From IMG/VR virus record IMGVR_UViG_3300032053_018320: DNA of 64,000 nucleotides; one strand, given 5' to 3'. Both the position numbers and the translations under genes were made by a program. Below the pieces are notes generated by a model. It was not told where the DNA came from and did no database searches. It saw only the letters and a list, made by a program, of their open reading frames with translations. Source of the stretch: an uncultured virus (IMG/VR IMGVR_UViG_3300032053_018320) (Duplodnaviria > Heunggongvirae > Uroviricota > Caudoviricetes). Positions within the stretch are counted from its first letter, which is position 1. Each line of letters opens with the position of its first letter. Positions 1-10,198 of this stretch are shown one piece after another.

Positions 1-246
1 TGCTGCTGATAATCCCACAATAGCAAGGAACACAATGACCAAAATGAGCAGAAATGCACCGATATGTTCCATGACGTGACCCATATCACGAAGAACCCGT
101 CCGAACGATTTAGTGCCTCCTTTTTTCTTCTTTGGCTTCGATACTGTGCCCGACAATCCACTCGATTTAGCGCTCTTGGCGCCTTTTTTCGTTGCTGATT
201 CTTTCATTTTCGTTTCTTTTGCTGTCTTAGATGGTTTTTTACCCAT
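1..246 (-). CDS. Membrane protein with Lys-rich N-terminus (partial, runs off window)
   Basis: Read manually: MGKKPSKTAKETK...HIGAFLLILVIVFLAIVGLSAA; GGTGA SD at 252-256; not in ORF track. Confidence 0.75.
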   Translation of the reverse strand, partial: MGKKPSKTAKETKMKESATKKGAKSAKSSGLSGTVSKPKKKKGGTKSFGRVLRDMGHVMEHIGAFLLILVIVFLAIVGLSAA

Positions 247-264
247 ATAGTTCACCGTTCATTC

Positions 265-876
265 TCATTCGTTCTTGATATATAATTTACAATAACACGA
301 CTCGTGATCGTTGATGTCAGCAAGATGACCTTTGTTTGCTGAACACTTGACACCCTTACACGGACAACGATATGTTTCAATTAAGTCTTCGTTAAACATC
401 ACACACGGACAAAAGAATACTCCTCGTCGTTCAAATACTTTATTGAGAACTTGCAACTCACTTTCGTTAACAGTGCAATTGATCGTTTCAGCATATTGCC
501 TTGTCAGTGATTCAAAGGTAGCAAAATCAGTTGCTGAATGTAGCGCTTCAGCGAAATCGATGGGTGTTCGACAAGATTCCTTCTTGACGGCGAGTGATTC
601 GATGTAGGTTGCTTCGACATCATCACGAATTGCACTCCATTTGGCAATGAGTGTATCAAGATGTTTGATCATTTTGTTATATGATGTCGGCTTTTTATCG
701 AGAGTAACAAGTAATTCACGGGCATCCTTGATGAATTTCATCACTGCTCGTTCAGAGTTCGATCCGTTCTGGTCGATGATGTCGTTTTTGCCGAATTGTT
801 CGATAGTTAGTAAAATTGATCGAAGTTGGTCTTGTAAATTCGTTATCCGTGTATTCATTGATTTATTGACTGACAT
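265..876 (-). CDS. Ferredoxin:thioredoxin reductase catalytic-subunit-like protein with N-terminal helical extension
   Basis: C-terminal FCPC...RCPC...CYCKLY matches the FTR CPC/CPC/CxC signature. Confidence 0.8.
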   Translation of the reverse strand: MSVNKSMNTRITNLQDQLRSILLTIEQFGKNDIIDQNGSNSERAVMKFIKDARELLVTLDKKPTSYNKMIKHLDTLIAKWSAIRDDVEATYIESLAVKKESCRTPIDFAEALHSATDFATFESLTRQYAETINCTVNESELQVLNKVFERRGVFFCPCVMFNEDLIETYRCPCKGVKCSANKGHLADINDHESCYCKLYIKNE

Positions 877-882
877 ATCATT

Positions 883-1374
883 TCACTCTTTTCGATTCTT
901 ACAAATTGAAATCAGTTCGCTATCATCGTATACTTTCACTAACTCTCGTGGAATGACGATGTCTCCATCATTGACATAATTTCTGCCGAGTTCTGTTCCC
1001 ATGAATAACACAAATTTATAGAAACCCATTTCTGATGGTCGATCACACGTCATGATGCTGTGGAGAAAAGAAACTTCGTCACAAATGTTGTCTATCGAAA
1101 CATACACGGCATTGACACCCTTTGCTTTCATCATTCGTGGAACACCGTTATTGAATTCGACAGTGTAGACTTTCTTGTATGCTGGATTCGACAGATATTC
1201 GATGATAGGCATCAATTCCCACCGATCAGCGTCCCACAAGTCTTCTCGTGACCGTTTCTTTTTAAAGTTTTCCCAGCCATTCCAATCTGGTTCAGCGCGT
1301 AAGAAAACATTTTCACCTTTCAATACATCAACGAGTTCATTCCATCCATTTTCATTACACGAGTTTGTCATCAT
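883..1374 (-). CDS. Hypothetical protein
   Basis: 163-aa ORF tightly packed in the minus-strand run. Confidence 0.65.
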   Translation of the reverse strand: MMTNSCNENGWNELVDVLKGENVFLRAEPDWNGWENFKKKRSREDLWDADRWELMPIIEYLSNPAYKKVYTVEFNNGVPRMMKAKGVNAVYVSIDNICDEVSFLHSIMTCDRPSEMGFYKFVLFMGTELGRNYVNDGDIVIPRELVKVYDDSELISICKNRKE

Positions 1375-1377
1375 TAT

Positions 1378-1533
1378 TCACTTCATTTTCTTGATATATA
1401 TCCTTGGTTCTTGATCGCCAAGCAATTCATGGGCACATTCACGACAAACCAACACTGACTTTCCATCGATGAAGGCTGGAATGACTTCACGCATTTTTAG
1501 TCCTGTCGTTCCGCATTTGCCGCATTGAACCAT
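1378..1533 (-). CDS. Small Zn-finger protein (51 aa)
   Basis: Read manually: MVQCGKCG...VCRECAHE; two CxxC motifs; exactly fills the gap between neighbours. Confidence 0.7.
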   Translation of the reverse strand: MVQCGKCGTTGLKMREVIPAFIDGKSVLVCRECAHELLGDQEPRIYIKKMK

Positions 1534-1534
1534 T

Positions 1535-1915
1535 TCATTCACTGCATAAGTCAGTCAATAATTCATCGTAGATTTTCATCAGTCTCTTGTAATACGGCAT
1601 CCAATTGACCTTATATTTATCAATTTCTTCGTGCCAAGTATCATGAGCATCGAGAAGTATATCACAATCAACTGAACCCTTTTTACCCTTGCAAGCTATG
1701 TCATATAATCGTTTCATTTCTGCGTGAATTTCCAAGTATCGATTGTAATCCTTGATATTTTTTCGTAGTTTGGCTGCTTTTCTATCAGTGACAGGTAAAT
1801 CCTTTAATTCACGTTCAGCATCCTTCAACAATTTTGGTATGTTATGTTCTTTGACTTCTTTATCATACGCTACGAAGGCTTCTTTGAATTTCTCACAATC
1901 AACAGTTGTTTTCAT
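1535..1915 (-). CDS. Hypothetical helical protein
   Basis: 126-aa ORF; GGTGA SD upstream; internal VDC repeat. Confidence 0.7.
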   Translation of the reverse strand: MKTTVDCEKFKEAFVAYDKEVKEHNIPKLLKDAERELKDLPVTDRKAAKLRKNIKDYNRYLEIHAEMKRLYDIACKGKKGSVDCDILLDAHDTWHEEIDKYKVNWMPYYKRLMKIYDELLTDLCSE

Positions 1916-1934
1916 GATTTATCACCAATAGTTT

Positions 1935-2807
1935 TTAAATTTTAACAGATCGTCCCTTTCGTTTGGATTCATTTTCTTTCATTTGTTCCTTTCGTTTCTT
2001 CGGCGCTTTCACGGCAATTTCCTTCTTCTTTTTTGATGGTTTTCGCTGTCGCCGAATCAACAGGATGAAGATCAACGATAGAATGACTGTAGATACAACA
2101 CCAACAATGAACCACGGTGAAGTATAGACATCATACCATATAAAACTTGGATTCAACGATGAATCGAAACTTTGGACCATCACTGACTTATAATCACTGC
2201 TCGCATCGATCATCTTCAATGATAGAAATACATCGAACTGCGTATTGCTACCAAATAGTGGTAGATTCAATGATGCTGATATATATGTTTTATACATCAT
2301 TCCAGTCTTGTTGTCAAACTTCATGTACGCCTGTCGAGTTGTGACAACCGAAAGAATGTCACTGGAAAACACGGATGATAAATCAAGCAATTTTATTGGT
2401 ATTCCTCGCCAAAACACGCCAGCATCAGTCTCGACCGACGATGGAAAGGCAATTGACACATTATTGATCGTGAATGAATCGTTCATGAGCACTTCAGTCG
2501 GGATAACGATTGGTATTTTGGTGACATCGAAAATTTGTGTAGCATTGAGGGGTATATTTCCACTTTCCTCGGTTTTTGTGAAATTGACAGTATGACTTGA
2601 AATTGACGTTATCGTTAGTTTATATGTTTCATCGAATGAGAATTGAAATATGCCGAACGACGGTGAGACAACTAACGAGACATCATACTTAAACCACATT
2701 CCAGTTGCAAGACCTGGATATATGGTTGCTTTCACATTAATCGTCATTGAACTTACCATTGCTCCGAACATCGTCGCCAGCAAAAGAATACTCATGAATT
2801 TTTTCAT
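1935..2807 (-). CDS. Membrane-anchored surface protein (WF[RK]YD family)
   Basis: Signal peptide, GMWFKYD and FDNKTGMM motifs, C-terminal TM helix and basic tail. Confidence 0.8.
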   Translation of the reverse strand: MKKFMSILLLATMFGAMVSSMTINVKATIYPGLATGMWFKYDVSLVVSPSFGIFQFSFDETYKLTITSISSHTVNFTKTEESGNIPLNATQIFDVTKIPIVIPTEVLMNDSFTINNVSIAFPSSVETDAGVFWRGIPIKLLDLSSVFSSDILSVVTTRQAYMKFDNKTGMMYKTYISASLNLPLFGSNTQFDVFLSLKMIDASSDYKSVMVQSFDSSLNPSFIWYDVYTSPWFIVGVVSTVILSLIFILLIRRQRKPSKKKKEIAVKAPKKRKEQMKENESKRKGRSVKI

Positions 2808-3136
2808 ACGAACTTCACCTTCTTGAGCAATAATCTTGATATGATCAATATCCAGAACAAAATTAACGATGCAATCATCGGTTGAAACGCATTAAGCGAT
2901 AGATAAAATGATGGGTTTGATCCGACCGACGCAAATAACAAATAAACGACTACTTCACCCAAGAAATTTATCACCGATATTGCCATCCATATAAGTGTTA
3001 TCAATATTCCAATACCTAATATCCACGTCATGATTTTATATTGTGACTTACTTAAATCAAGTCCGACAAATTTGCCGAATGATACTGACTCGTTTTTCTT
3101 GGTTACCGGTGACTCTGGTCGTGATTTTTTAGCCAT
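2804..3136 (-). CDS. Small multi-TM membrane protein
   Basis: Likely start MAKKSR; basic N-terminus followed by hydrophobic helices. Confidence 0.7.
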   Translation of the reverse strand: MAKKSRPESPVTKKNESVSFGKFVGLDLSKSQYKIMTWILGIGILITLIWMAISVINFLGEVVVYLLFASVGSNPSFYLSLNAFQPMIASLILFWILIISRLLLKKVKFV

Positions 3137-3497
3137 TTTTACACACTGCTGTATAATGAGAATATTCACGGGGAAAAAAGTTTAATCCAATATAATCAAC
3201 GATGGAATTTAACCGCTGGATCGATGGATCGTTTCGTATTTCTATGTATCTATCGCTATATCGAGGTAATCCTATATCTTGACCAAGACGAAAACTAAGA
3301 ATTCGCCAAATATAATAAACAGAAGCCATCTCTGGATTTAAGTGATCTCGCCACGCATCCTTCGATGTTTTATATAATTCGCCACTTCTCGGTCCACGTT
3401 TTACCGTGATGACTTGATGAACCCAATGTGCAAACGAAATATCATCGTCCGACAGATTGAACTGTCGTGATTGAACGACAGATTCTTCAGTCATCAT
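3129..3497 (-). CDS. Hypothetical protein
   Basis: 122-aa ORF coupled to neighbours. Confidence 0.6.
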   Translation of the reverse strand: MMTEESVVQSRQFNLSDDDISFAHWVHQVITVKRGPRSGELYKTSKDAWRDHLNPEMASVYYIWRILSFRLGQDIGLPRYSDRYIEIRNDPSIQRLNSIVDYIGLNFFPREYSHYTAVCKNG

Positions 3498-3501
3498 TGC
3501 T

Positions 3502-4260
3502 TCAGTTTGCCCTTTTTCGTGATGCTTTCTTGGTATCTATTTTCTTGATTTGACTGTCGAGTCCACAGGCAACAGCGTCGCATTCTTGACTCAATTCTTG
3601 CGAATGCAATGCTTGAAATCGTTTTCGACGGCTCTTGAGACTATTGATGTCGAGCATATCGAATATTTGACGCTCGGAATGATGCCCATGTCCATAGTTT
3701 TGATGGGTTTCATAATCTATCCACGTTGGCGTGAACTTTATCTTGTAGTCGTCTGGTTTATCAAGAATTTTCGAACCTGACGCAGCGACCTTATCAGCCA
3801 TACTTGCTGCTTCAGCGATCAATCGTTCGCCTTCTTCAGTATGAATCTCGATAGGCAAAATTCTATCGATGATCGTTGAACAAATGTCAAGTCCTTGCTT
3901 TGTTAGTTTACCACTAACATCCTTATATGCTTTCCAAGCAGATTCTGCGTCGGGCGATTGATTCGCTATCTTGATGTATTTCTGATATTCAAACACGTCA
4001 ACACCCAATCCTTCATTATCTTGTTCGTGGGAATATGGACGACTCCAATATTTAAACTGTTTAGTGCAGTGTCCACATTCCTCACTCCACAATTCAATTA
4101 TTTGTGTGAGTCCTTGCTTCTCTGCAGCGTATGATAATTTTTCAAAGGTTATAACATATTTGACTAATTCAGGTGGTATTGGCATTTTTATCATCTTTAG
4201 TTTATCGTATCCTTCAATGAAAACATCCATTGGCGAATGATTTAAAATTTTGTCAAACAC
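3502..4260 (-). CDS. Thioredoxin-like protein with insertion
   Basis: IIELWSEECGHC (Trx-type CxxC after a beta strand); FTPTW resembles the cis-Pro loop; C-terminal CDAVAC. Confidence 0.65.
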   Translation of the reverse strand: MFDKILNHSPMDVFIEGYDKLKMIKMPIPPELVKYVITFEKLSYAAEKQGLTQIIELWSEECGHCTKQFKYWSRPYSHEQDNEGLGVDVFEYQKYIKIANQSPDAESAWKAYKDVSGKLTKQGLDICSTIIDRILPIEIHTEEGERLIAEAASMADKVAASGSKILDKPDDYKIKFTPTWIDYETHQNYGHGHHSERQIFDMLDINSLKSRRKRFQALHSQELSQECDAVACGLDSQIKKIDTKKASRKRAN

Positions 4261-4331
4261 AATTCAAAATTTTGGATGAATCGAATGAATCCGATACTAT
4301 ATGTATGTAAAATTAAAAGAAAAAAAGATAT

Positions 4332-5945
4332 TTAGGACATTGGTTGCGTTTTCTTGCCATTCGTCAACGACGTTGACTTCGCCTTTGAACCACCGATTGA
4401 TGGCGTCGGTATCTTACCAATTCTCATGAAGTAAAAGACGAGTATGGCAACAATAGCAATACCAGCAACTGCTACACCACCGATGATCCATAATGTAACT
4501 GGTGGACCAGCAGACGGTGATATACCAGTCGATTCAGTATCAACACCAATATTTGATGGCTCAGATTCGGTTATCACGTATTCATTGACGATTGGAGCGG
4601 TAGCATTCGTCGAATTACCGATGGCGAGATCAGCGACGATCGATAGACTCCATCGACCAGCCGGTGGCTGAATTTCAACCATCTGGACTGAACCATTAGT
4701 CGGCGAAACAGTCAAGAATGTCGATCCGTTCAGCAAGATACGGTAGTCATCAACATTAGCCGTTGAATTCCATTTAACGTTCCAGACATCACCAACGATA
4801 GTCACCGACGCATTCGTGACAGCAGCCAATTTAGCGGCATTATCGAATTTACTCAACACGGCAGTAATGGTGTTTGGTTTTGATATCTTTCCATTGACAC
4901 TAATGATGACCGTGACGTTCACTTTTGCTGGCTTCACGTTATCCAGTGGATACATATTCGTGGTTGTCGTGGCATTGACGATATCGTTGATCGCGGTCGT
5001 ATCATTTGACTTGATCGTGATTAACGCCTTGCTAAAGAAACCTTGATTTATGTTCAACGCATATTTATACGACTGACCAGTCACTGGAACGATGACGAAT
5101 GGCGTTGGAGATAAAACTGGAGGTTTATTGAAAAGATTGACGTCATTACTACAGTCACTTAAGTAAGTATAGGCAACGCCGTTTGAATATCCTGTAGATC
5201 CGCTCATTATTACTTCCGTCGTGAATGTGAAATAAAGTAAATTCGTGTCTGCGTCCCAAACAGCAGTGGTAGAAATATAGTGTGTATTGTTACTGTTCGG
5301 AACAACAAACGATGATGAAATAGACCTAAACGACGTCGGATCGAGCATTCCGCCGAGTTGTGCTATCCATGATTTTGCTTGACTAAAGAATGGTTCTGAC
5401 GCTGATTGAACAGTTGTATAACTCCATGGAGTGATGTCGGTGAAAATGAACATCCTCATGATTTCCACACTGCCAATGATCTTCTTTAGTTCAGAACCGT
5501 CGCGGATTGGTTTGAGCAAATACGTCCACGCATCGTTCGTCGTATTACCATTCAAGAGATTGTTCGCTTTTTGACCATTCTGCCAGTATGGAGTGACAGA
5601 CCAATTGAAAGCAGTGTTTGATGGATTTTCCTTCGAGTAGGCTGGGTCTTTCGTCCCGGCAGCGGTTGTTATACCCGTGCAATTCACGATGATATGCGGC
5701 ATTCCACCTGTCATATTCCATGAAGTTCGTATGCCACCATTCAAGTATGAATCGTATCGGAACCACATTCCTTGTTTGATGTCGTTCGATGATGTGATAT
5801 CACCGATCGCATCAGCGACAGTTTGTGATAACTGACCTTGAACGGTTCCGAAGAACCCAGCACCAACGAATAATATAAATCCAAGAATGATCGCGTATCG
5901 TTTCATTGACGGGAAATTCTTGTAGATGTCTTTCATCATATTCAT
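4332..5945 (-). CDS. Surface glycoprotein (WF[RK]YD family) with FN3-like domain
   Basis: N-terminal hydrophobic helix, GMWFRYD, many NxS/T sequons, VKWNS...YRILLNG, C-terminal TM. Confidence 0.8.
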   Translation of the reverse strand: MNMMKDIYKNFPSMKRYAIILGFILFVGAGFFGTVQGQLSQTVADAIGDITSSNDIKQGMWFRYDSYLNGGIRTSWNMTGGMPHIIVNCTGITTAAGTKDPAYSKENPSNTAFNWSVTPYWQNGQKANNLLNGNTTNDAWTYLLKPIRDGSELKKIIGSVEIMRMFIFTDITPWSYTTVQSASEPFFSQAKSWIAQLGGMLDPTSFRSISSSFVVPNSNNTHYISTTAVWDADTNLLYFTFTTEVIMSGSTGYSNGVAYTYLSDCSNDVNLFNKPPVLSPTPFVIVPVTGQSYKYALNINQGFFSKALITIKSNDTTAINDIVNATTTTNMYPLDNVKPAKVNVTVIISVNGKISKPNTITAVLSKFDNAAKLAAVTNASVTIVGDVWNVKWNSTANVDDYRILLNGSTFLTVSPTNGSVQMVEIQPPAGRWSLSIVADLAIGNSTNATAPIVNEYVITESEPSNIGVDTESTGISPSAGPPVTLWIIGGVAVAGIAIVAILVFYFMRIGKIPTPSIGGSKAKSTSLTNGKKTQPMS

Positions 5946-7648
5946 TTACCACCTTTTTTTACTGATCCTTTATTCGCTACGCCTTTTTGGGCGCTTGGTT
6001 TTTTCTTCGATAAACTCTTTGCCTTCTCACTCGTCCGTTGACCCGCGGATTTGAGACTCTTACCTGCTGTAGCAGTTGCATTCGCGACACCGATTTTTCC
6101 GCCAAATGCCTTGATGTCCAGAATATACAAAAGCACGTAAACAACTGTTCCAATGAGCAACGCCCATAACCACCACAAATTAAGTGTTTCAGCAATCGGC
6201 ATTGGCACGTCTGCATACGTTTCATTGAATGGTTTGGCAGTGGTAGCGAACGCGACTGTCACGGTTGTCGATAGATCACTTGAATTATACCCTGGAAGGT
6301 TTGTCTCAGTGATAACAGTGAACACATAACTGCCGTTTTCGGTTGGATGATATTGGGTTATATTCGTCGTGACCGTGTCGTAATAACTGCCGTTGACAAA
6401 TACTTCATATCCGCTCGCATCGACAACAGGTTTCCATTCAATCGTGATCGATTCATCACCTGCAGTGTAAACTGCGCCGATACTTGATGTAGCAGCAATT
6501 TTACTCGATCTGACAAGTTTGATCAACGAAAATACTTGAGTCGTTGAATCGGATCGTAATCCGTATCTCGTTGAACGGGTAGTGACCGTTATATTGATTG
6601 GTGTATTTCCATTCAAGGTGATTGGATATGTATTGGCAGATATGGTCACATTAGCGTTAGTTAACACGCTCTGATTCGTAGACTCAATTCCCAAATCAAC
6701 ACTATCAAACAGTGACGTGCCAAACGATATGTAGTAATCGATTGACTTGGATTGATCGATGGAGTCGATTCCCTGTTGAAGAGTCATCGAGATACTTGGC
6801 TTAACTGGCGGATTGACAACAGCAGCCGCTGGATTGTTGATGGAATATGCTGATAACATCCATTCACCTGCTGGTAATCCCTGTGAGTTGCTGAGTCCGA
6901 AGAGTAATCCAGTATCCGTGTCATACCAAATGCAATTCAAACCTCCACCACCTCCACCGATGGAATATTGATACGTCGTTCTACCTGCTATCATCGCACG
7001 ATAGGCATAAACACCGGTCGTCCATGCAGTAGTATTGAGGAACGATGTTTGACCATTGCTGGGCGGAGTATATTCCACGAACATCGGTCTAAGCACTGGA
7101 CTGAGAGCGCCCCAATAACCAACTGAAGTTGTAGCCAACACGTTATTGTAGGTATATGTTGAACGCTTTGCATACGCTTCAACCACGAATCGAATATAAT
7201 TATCCCAGTTGAAATATCCCGTGTTATTTTTACCATAAAGGGATTTTGCCTCGGTTCCGTCCATCCAGTATACCTTGATGCTCCAAACATACCATTTAGC
7301 GTCGCCAATCTTTTGAAATACAAGTGGATCACCATTGATCGGATTACCAGCAGTTGTGACATTAACTATTTGGGTCACAAAATACATCCGTTGACCAACT
7401 TCAAAATACTGATTTCCACCACTATCATAGCGGAACCACGACCCGTTGGTAAACTGATCTCTGGTGTTTATTGAGCCTATGGCTAATGACGAAAATTCCT
7501 TGGCTACTGCTGTGGAACCGAACGAAAATAACACGTATCCAGATATACCAGACGCAACCAAGAAAATGATCGTCACCGCCCACGCTCGTTGTTTTTCAGT
7601 CGCTATATCGGATTTACCCGATCCACGACCAGCTTTTTTAACGACCAT
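5942..7648 (-). CDS. Surface glycoprotein (WF[RK]YD family) with FN3-like domain
   Basis: Likely start MVVKK; N-terminal TM, GSWFRYD, WYDTDTGLL, IEWKPV..YEVFVNG, C-terminal TM and Lys-rich tail. Confidence 0.8.
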   Translation of the reverse strand: MVVKKAGRGSGKSDIATEKQRAWAVTIIFLVASGISGYVLFSFGSTAVAKEFSSLAIGSINTRDQFTNGSWFRYDSGGNQYFEVGQRMYFVTQIVNVTTAGNPINGDPLVFQKIGDAKWYVWSIKVYWMDGTEAKSLYGKNNTGYFNWDNYIRFVVEAYAKRSTYTYNNVLATTSVGYWGALSPVLRPMFVEYTPPSNGQTSFLNTTAWTTGVYAYRAMIAGRTTYQYSIGGGGGGLNCIWYDTDTGLLFGLSNSQGLPAGEWMLSAYSINNPAAAVVNPPVKPSISMTLQQGIDSIDQSKSIDYYISFGTSLFDSVDLGIESTNQSVLTNANVTISANTYPITLNGNTPINITVTTRSTRYGLRSDSTTQVFSLIKLVRSSKIAATSSIGAVYTAGDESITIEWKPVVDASGYEVFVNGSYYDTVTTNITQYHPTENGSYVFTVITETNLPGYNSSDLSTTVTVAFATTAKPFNETYADVPMPIAETLNLWWLWALLIGTVVYVLLYILDIKAFGGKIGVANATATAGKSLKSAGQRTSEKAKSLSKKKPSAQKGVANKGSVKKGGK

Positions 7649-7719
7649 TGTGACACCCTTTTTTAAACAAGGTTCATTCACATTATTCTCGTTGTTGTAT
7701 AAAAAGTTTGAGAACCAAT

Positions 7720-9639
7720 CTATACTAAAATGGCATCTGGACGAGGACAACCGAATTGAACCAACCGTGGGTCACGATAATTCACTATCTTGATATAGAA
7801 GTGATGCGCGCTCCATAATGGATTAAAATACGCTATGTAAAACGGTTTTTTCTCTTTCAGAGCGAGATTATACTCGGGAACGAGATCACCTTTTGATTCT
7901 CCTTCATCATATTGGTAATATGACTGTGTTTTCTGTTTCGCTATCTTGAACTTAACATCGAAGATTGCGCCCTTCTCGAACTCTATTCCCATGTACGTTC
8001 TAACTTTTGTCGTTATCAAATCTGGTAGATGATTGATCATCGATGTATTTGGCTCTTCATTCATGATCCGTGCCCACGCCCATTCTGCCCAATATCCCAA
8101 CCAGCGTTCTTGTAATTCACGGCGTTTCTCGGTGATCCATGCCTCTGAGTATCCTATCGTTCTATCGAGAGCCATTTCAGTCAATGGAACGCCAGCACCT
8201 GTTAGATACGCGACTCGTGCTATCTTTTTATTCATCTTCGCTGATAAAGCACATTGTTCAAAAAACTTGCCCATATCAAATCCATCCGAGACTATATCAC
8301 CTTCAAGTCGTTTATTCTTCTTGATCGTGACAGCGGTTTCAGCAGGTTCGATGATATTGATATCAGTTCGTATCTTCGGTGGTTCAACGATCTTACCTTT
8401 TTTAATTGGCTTAACAGGTTTAATTTGTTCTGGTGATGAAACTACTGGTTCTCCATCGTCGTTGTCTAGTTCATCGTTGTCTAGTTCATCAACCGATTCT
8501 TCGTGAATAGTAGTTTCCAATTCTGAAACAACCATCGTTGTTGCTTCTGGCACGACTGATTGCTGGACAGGCGCTGGCTTAACTGCAGCAGGTTTTATTC
8601 GACCTGTTGCCGATAAGACATTATTACCAAGGTCGTGATTAATATGCATTGCTTTATACTTGATCGTATCAACTAATTGACCAGCGTGATCGATGAATTC
8701 ACGAGCATCCTCTGCTCGTTCATCTCGAAGCCATCCACGAATGATGCTTTGATTACACCATTTATCGATCTTATCGAGTCCGAATTTATTACCAAGGGAC
8801 TCTATCGCTGCATCGGCTAACTCCCTCATTTTTTCTTCTAACTCGGCATCAGCATCCTTACCAAAATCTGCCGATCCTTCTGCACCCATACTTTGTGAAA
8901 TTTCTTGATTATACCATGGGCAATAATCGTTGAGGTCGAGATAAATATACCCATCCTTCATGAATTTTGGATGCGAACACTGGATCAGTGCCTCTGGTTT
9001 CTTTAATCTCGGTAAAATGTGGGCATTTTGCTTGACAAAATCATTGTCCTTGAATGCCTTGATCGTTTCTGGTGGTATTTGCTTGAACACTTTTATTTGC
9101 GAACTATCACGAAATGCCTTTGCTACACCCTTGAAAATTGAATTTACTAACACGACTACTCTAACATGACGAGCAATAGTGATGAATTTCTCGAATTCGA
9201 CCATCGCATCATTGAGGGCTCGTTTTGCATTAAGATTGAGAACTCCTTCATCCACCAAGACGATATAATTAGTCCTTATCTCTTTCACTTTCGTGATAGT
9301 TATTACTCGATTTGCCCATGAATCACCTTCGCCCTTCGGTAAATATAACTTTACCTGCTTTTTGATTGCTATTTCGAGCGATGGTGGCGTGCACCATAAT
9401 GCCAAAACTCGACTCTTATCACTCGTCATCAATATATTAGCAATCATCATGGCAAGCGATGTCTTTCCAGAACCACCAGTTCCAGTTGTCAAGACCAAGA
9501 ACGAAAACTCACCATCGCTCGCTCCCTTTTTTAGCCACGAAACAAATTCTTGGGTTATGTCTGGAAGTTTATTGCTCTGCACGTGTGGCTTAGTGGTCAA
9601 TTCTCGTATAGTGTCTTTCAACAATTTATTGAAAAACAT
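7720..9639 (-). CDS. Zot/FtsK-HerA-like P-loop ATPase fused to HTH-like and PD-(D/E)XK-like C-terminal region
   Basis: Walker A GTGGSGKT, Walker B IVLVDEG, IARH motif; acidic/Pro linker; GVPLTEMA..IGYSEAWI; HLPDL...IFDVKFK. Confidence 0.7.
   Translation of the reverse strand: MFFNKLLKDTIRELTTKPHVQSNKLPDITQEFVSWLKKGASDGEFSFLVLTTGTGGSGKTSLAMMIANILMTSDKSRVLALWCTPPSLEIAIKKQVKLYLPKGEGDSWANRVITITKVKEIRTNYIVLVDEGVLNLNAKRALNDAMVEFEKFITIARHVRVVVLVNSIFKGVAKAFRDSSQIKVFKQIPPETIKAFKDNDFVKQNAHILPRLKKPEALIQCSHPKFMKDGYIYLDLNDYCPWYNQEISQSMGAEGSADFGKDADAELEEKMRELADAAIESLGNKFGLDKIDKWCNQSIIRGWLRDERAEDAREFIDHAGQLVDTIKYKAMHINHDLGNNVLSATGRIKPAAVKPAPVQQSVVPEATTMVVSELETTIHEESVDELDNDELDNDDGEPVVSSPEQIKPVKPIKKGKIVEPPKIRTDINIIEPAETAVTIKKNKRLEGDIVSDGFDMGKFFEQCALSAKMNKKIARVAYLTGAGVPLTEMALDRTIGYSEAWITEKRRELQERWLGYWAEWAWARIMNEEPNTSMINHLPDLITTKVRTYMGIEFEKGAIFDVKFKIAKQKTQSYYQYDEGESKGDLVPEYNLALKEKKPFYIAYFNPLWSAHHFYIKIVNYRDPRLVQFGCPRPDAILV
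8459..8490. repeat. 15-bp perfect tandem duplication (DELDN x2) in ATPase linker
   Basis: TCGTTGTCTAGTTCA repeated twice. Confidence 0.85.
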
Positions 9640-9654
9640 ATTTTATCTATCCGT

Positions 9655-10191
9655 TTATGTCTTATCTAAGTCATTGCCTGTTTGCAATGCGGTTCTCACT
9701 CTATCGACGAGCCCTTGTTTAGCAGCATTTGCTGAACCACGTATGATCGGAATATCCTTGATGATTGCTACAGAGTTATTCTGTAATATTTCTTCCCACC
9801 GTGACATATGCAGTCCTATTGCATATCGCCAGGCTTGTCGAAATTCGTTGAACAATTGTTTCGTTCGTAACACTCGTGGTGCTGGTCTAAGTAATTGATT
9901 CGTTAGTAAATTACCTTTACGAATCAAATACATCATTGCCATTCTATCACCAGACGTGATCAAGATGGCAGTTTGCATCATCTTTTCATCCAACGTATTT
10001 GCTACTAACCAGAGAACTTCCTTTCGTTGATTGGATGTCAAGAAATCTGTTTGTAGATCGTTGATCATTTGAGATACTTTATCCATCTCTTTTTTCTGAT
10101 CATCAGCTCGTTTAAGCACTGTGCCAAGCATATTCGCGACACTCATATCACGAGCGTCAGCTAAATCTCCACCGCCACTACGCCATGCCAT
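9655..10191 (-). CDS. Hypothetical protein
   Basis: 178-aa ORF in the operon with the ATPase. Confidence 0.75.
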   Translation of the reverse strand: MAWRSGGGDLADARDMSVANMLGTVLKRADDQKKEMDKVSQMINDLQTDFLTSNQRKEVLWLVANTLDEKMMQTAILITSGDRMAMMYLIRKGNLLTNQLLRPAPRVLRTKQLFNEFRQAWRYAIGLHMSRWEEILQNNSVAIIKDIPIIRGSANAAKQGLVDRVRTALQTGNDLDKT

Positions 10192-10198
10192 GATCTAT

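Noticed and set aside
565..579. Peptide spelling ESCRT in the FTR-like protein
   Set aside because: Letter coincidence with no relation to ESCRT proteins
8459..8490. Borg-style perfect tandem repeat
   Set aside because: Only two units and no pervasive arrays seen; not enough to call a Borg
7720..9639. Terminase large subunit
   Set aside because: Motif pattern is Zot/FtsK-like; no RNase H-type nuclease motifs and no portal nearby
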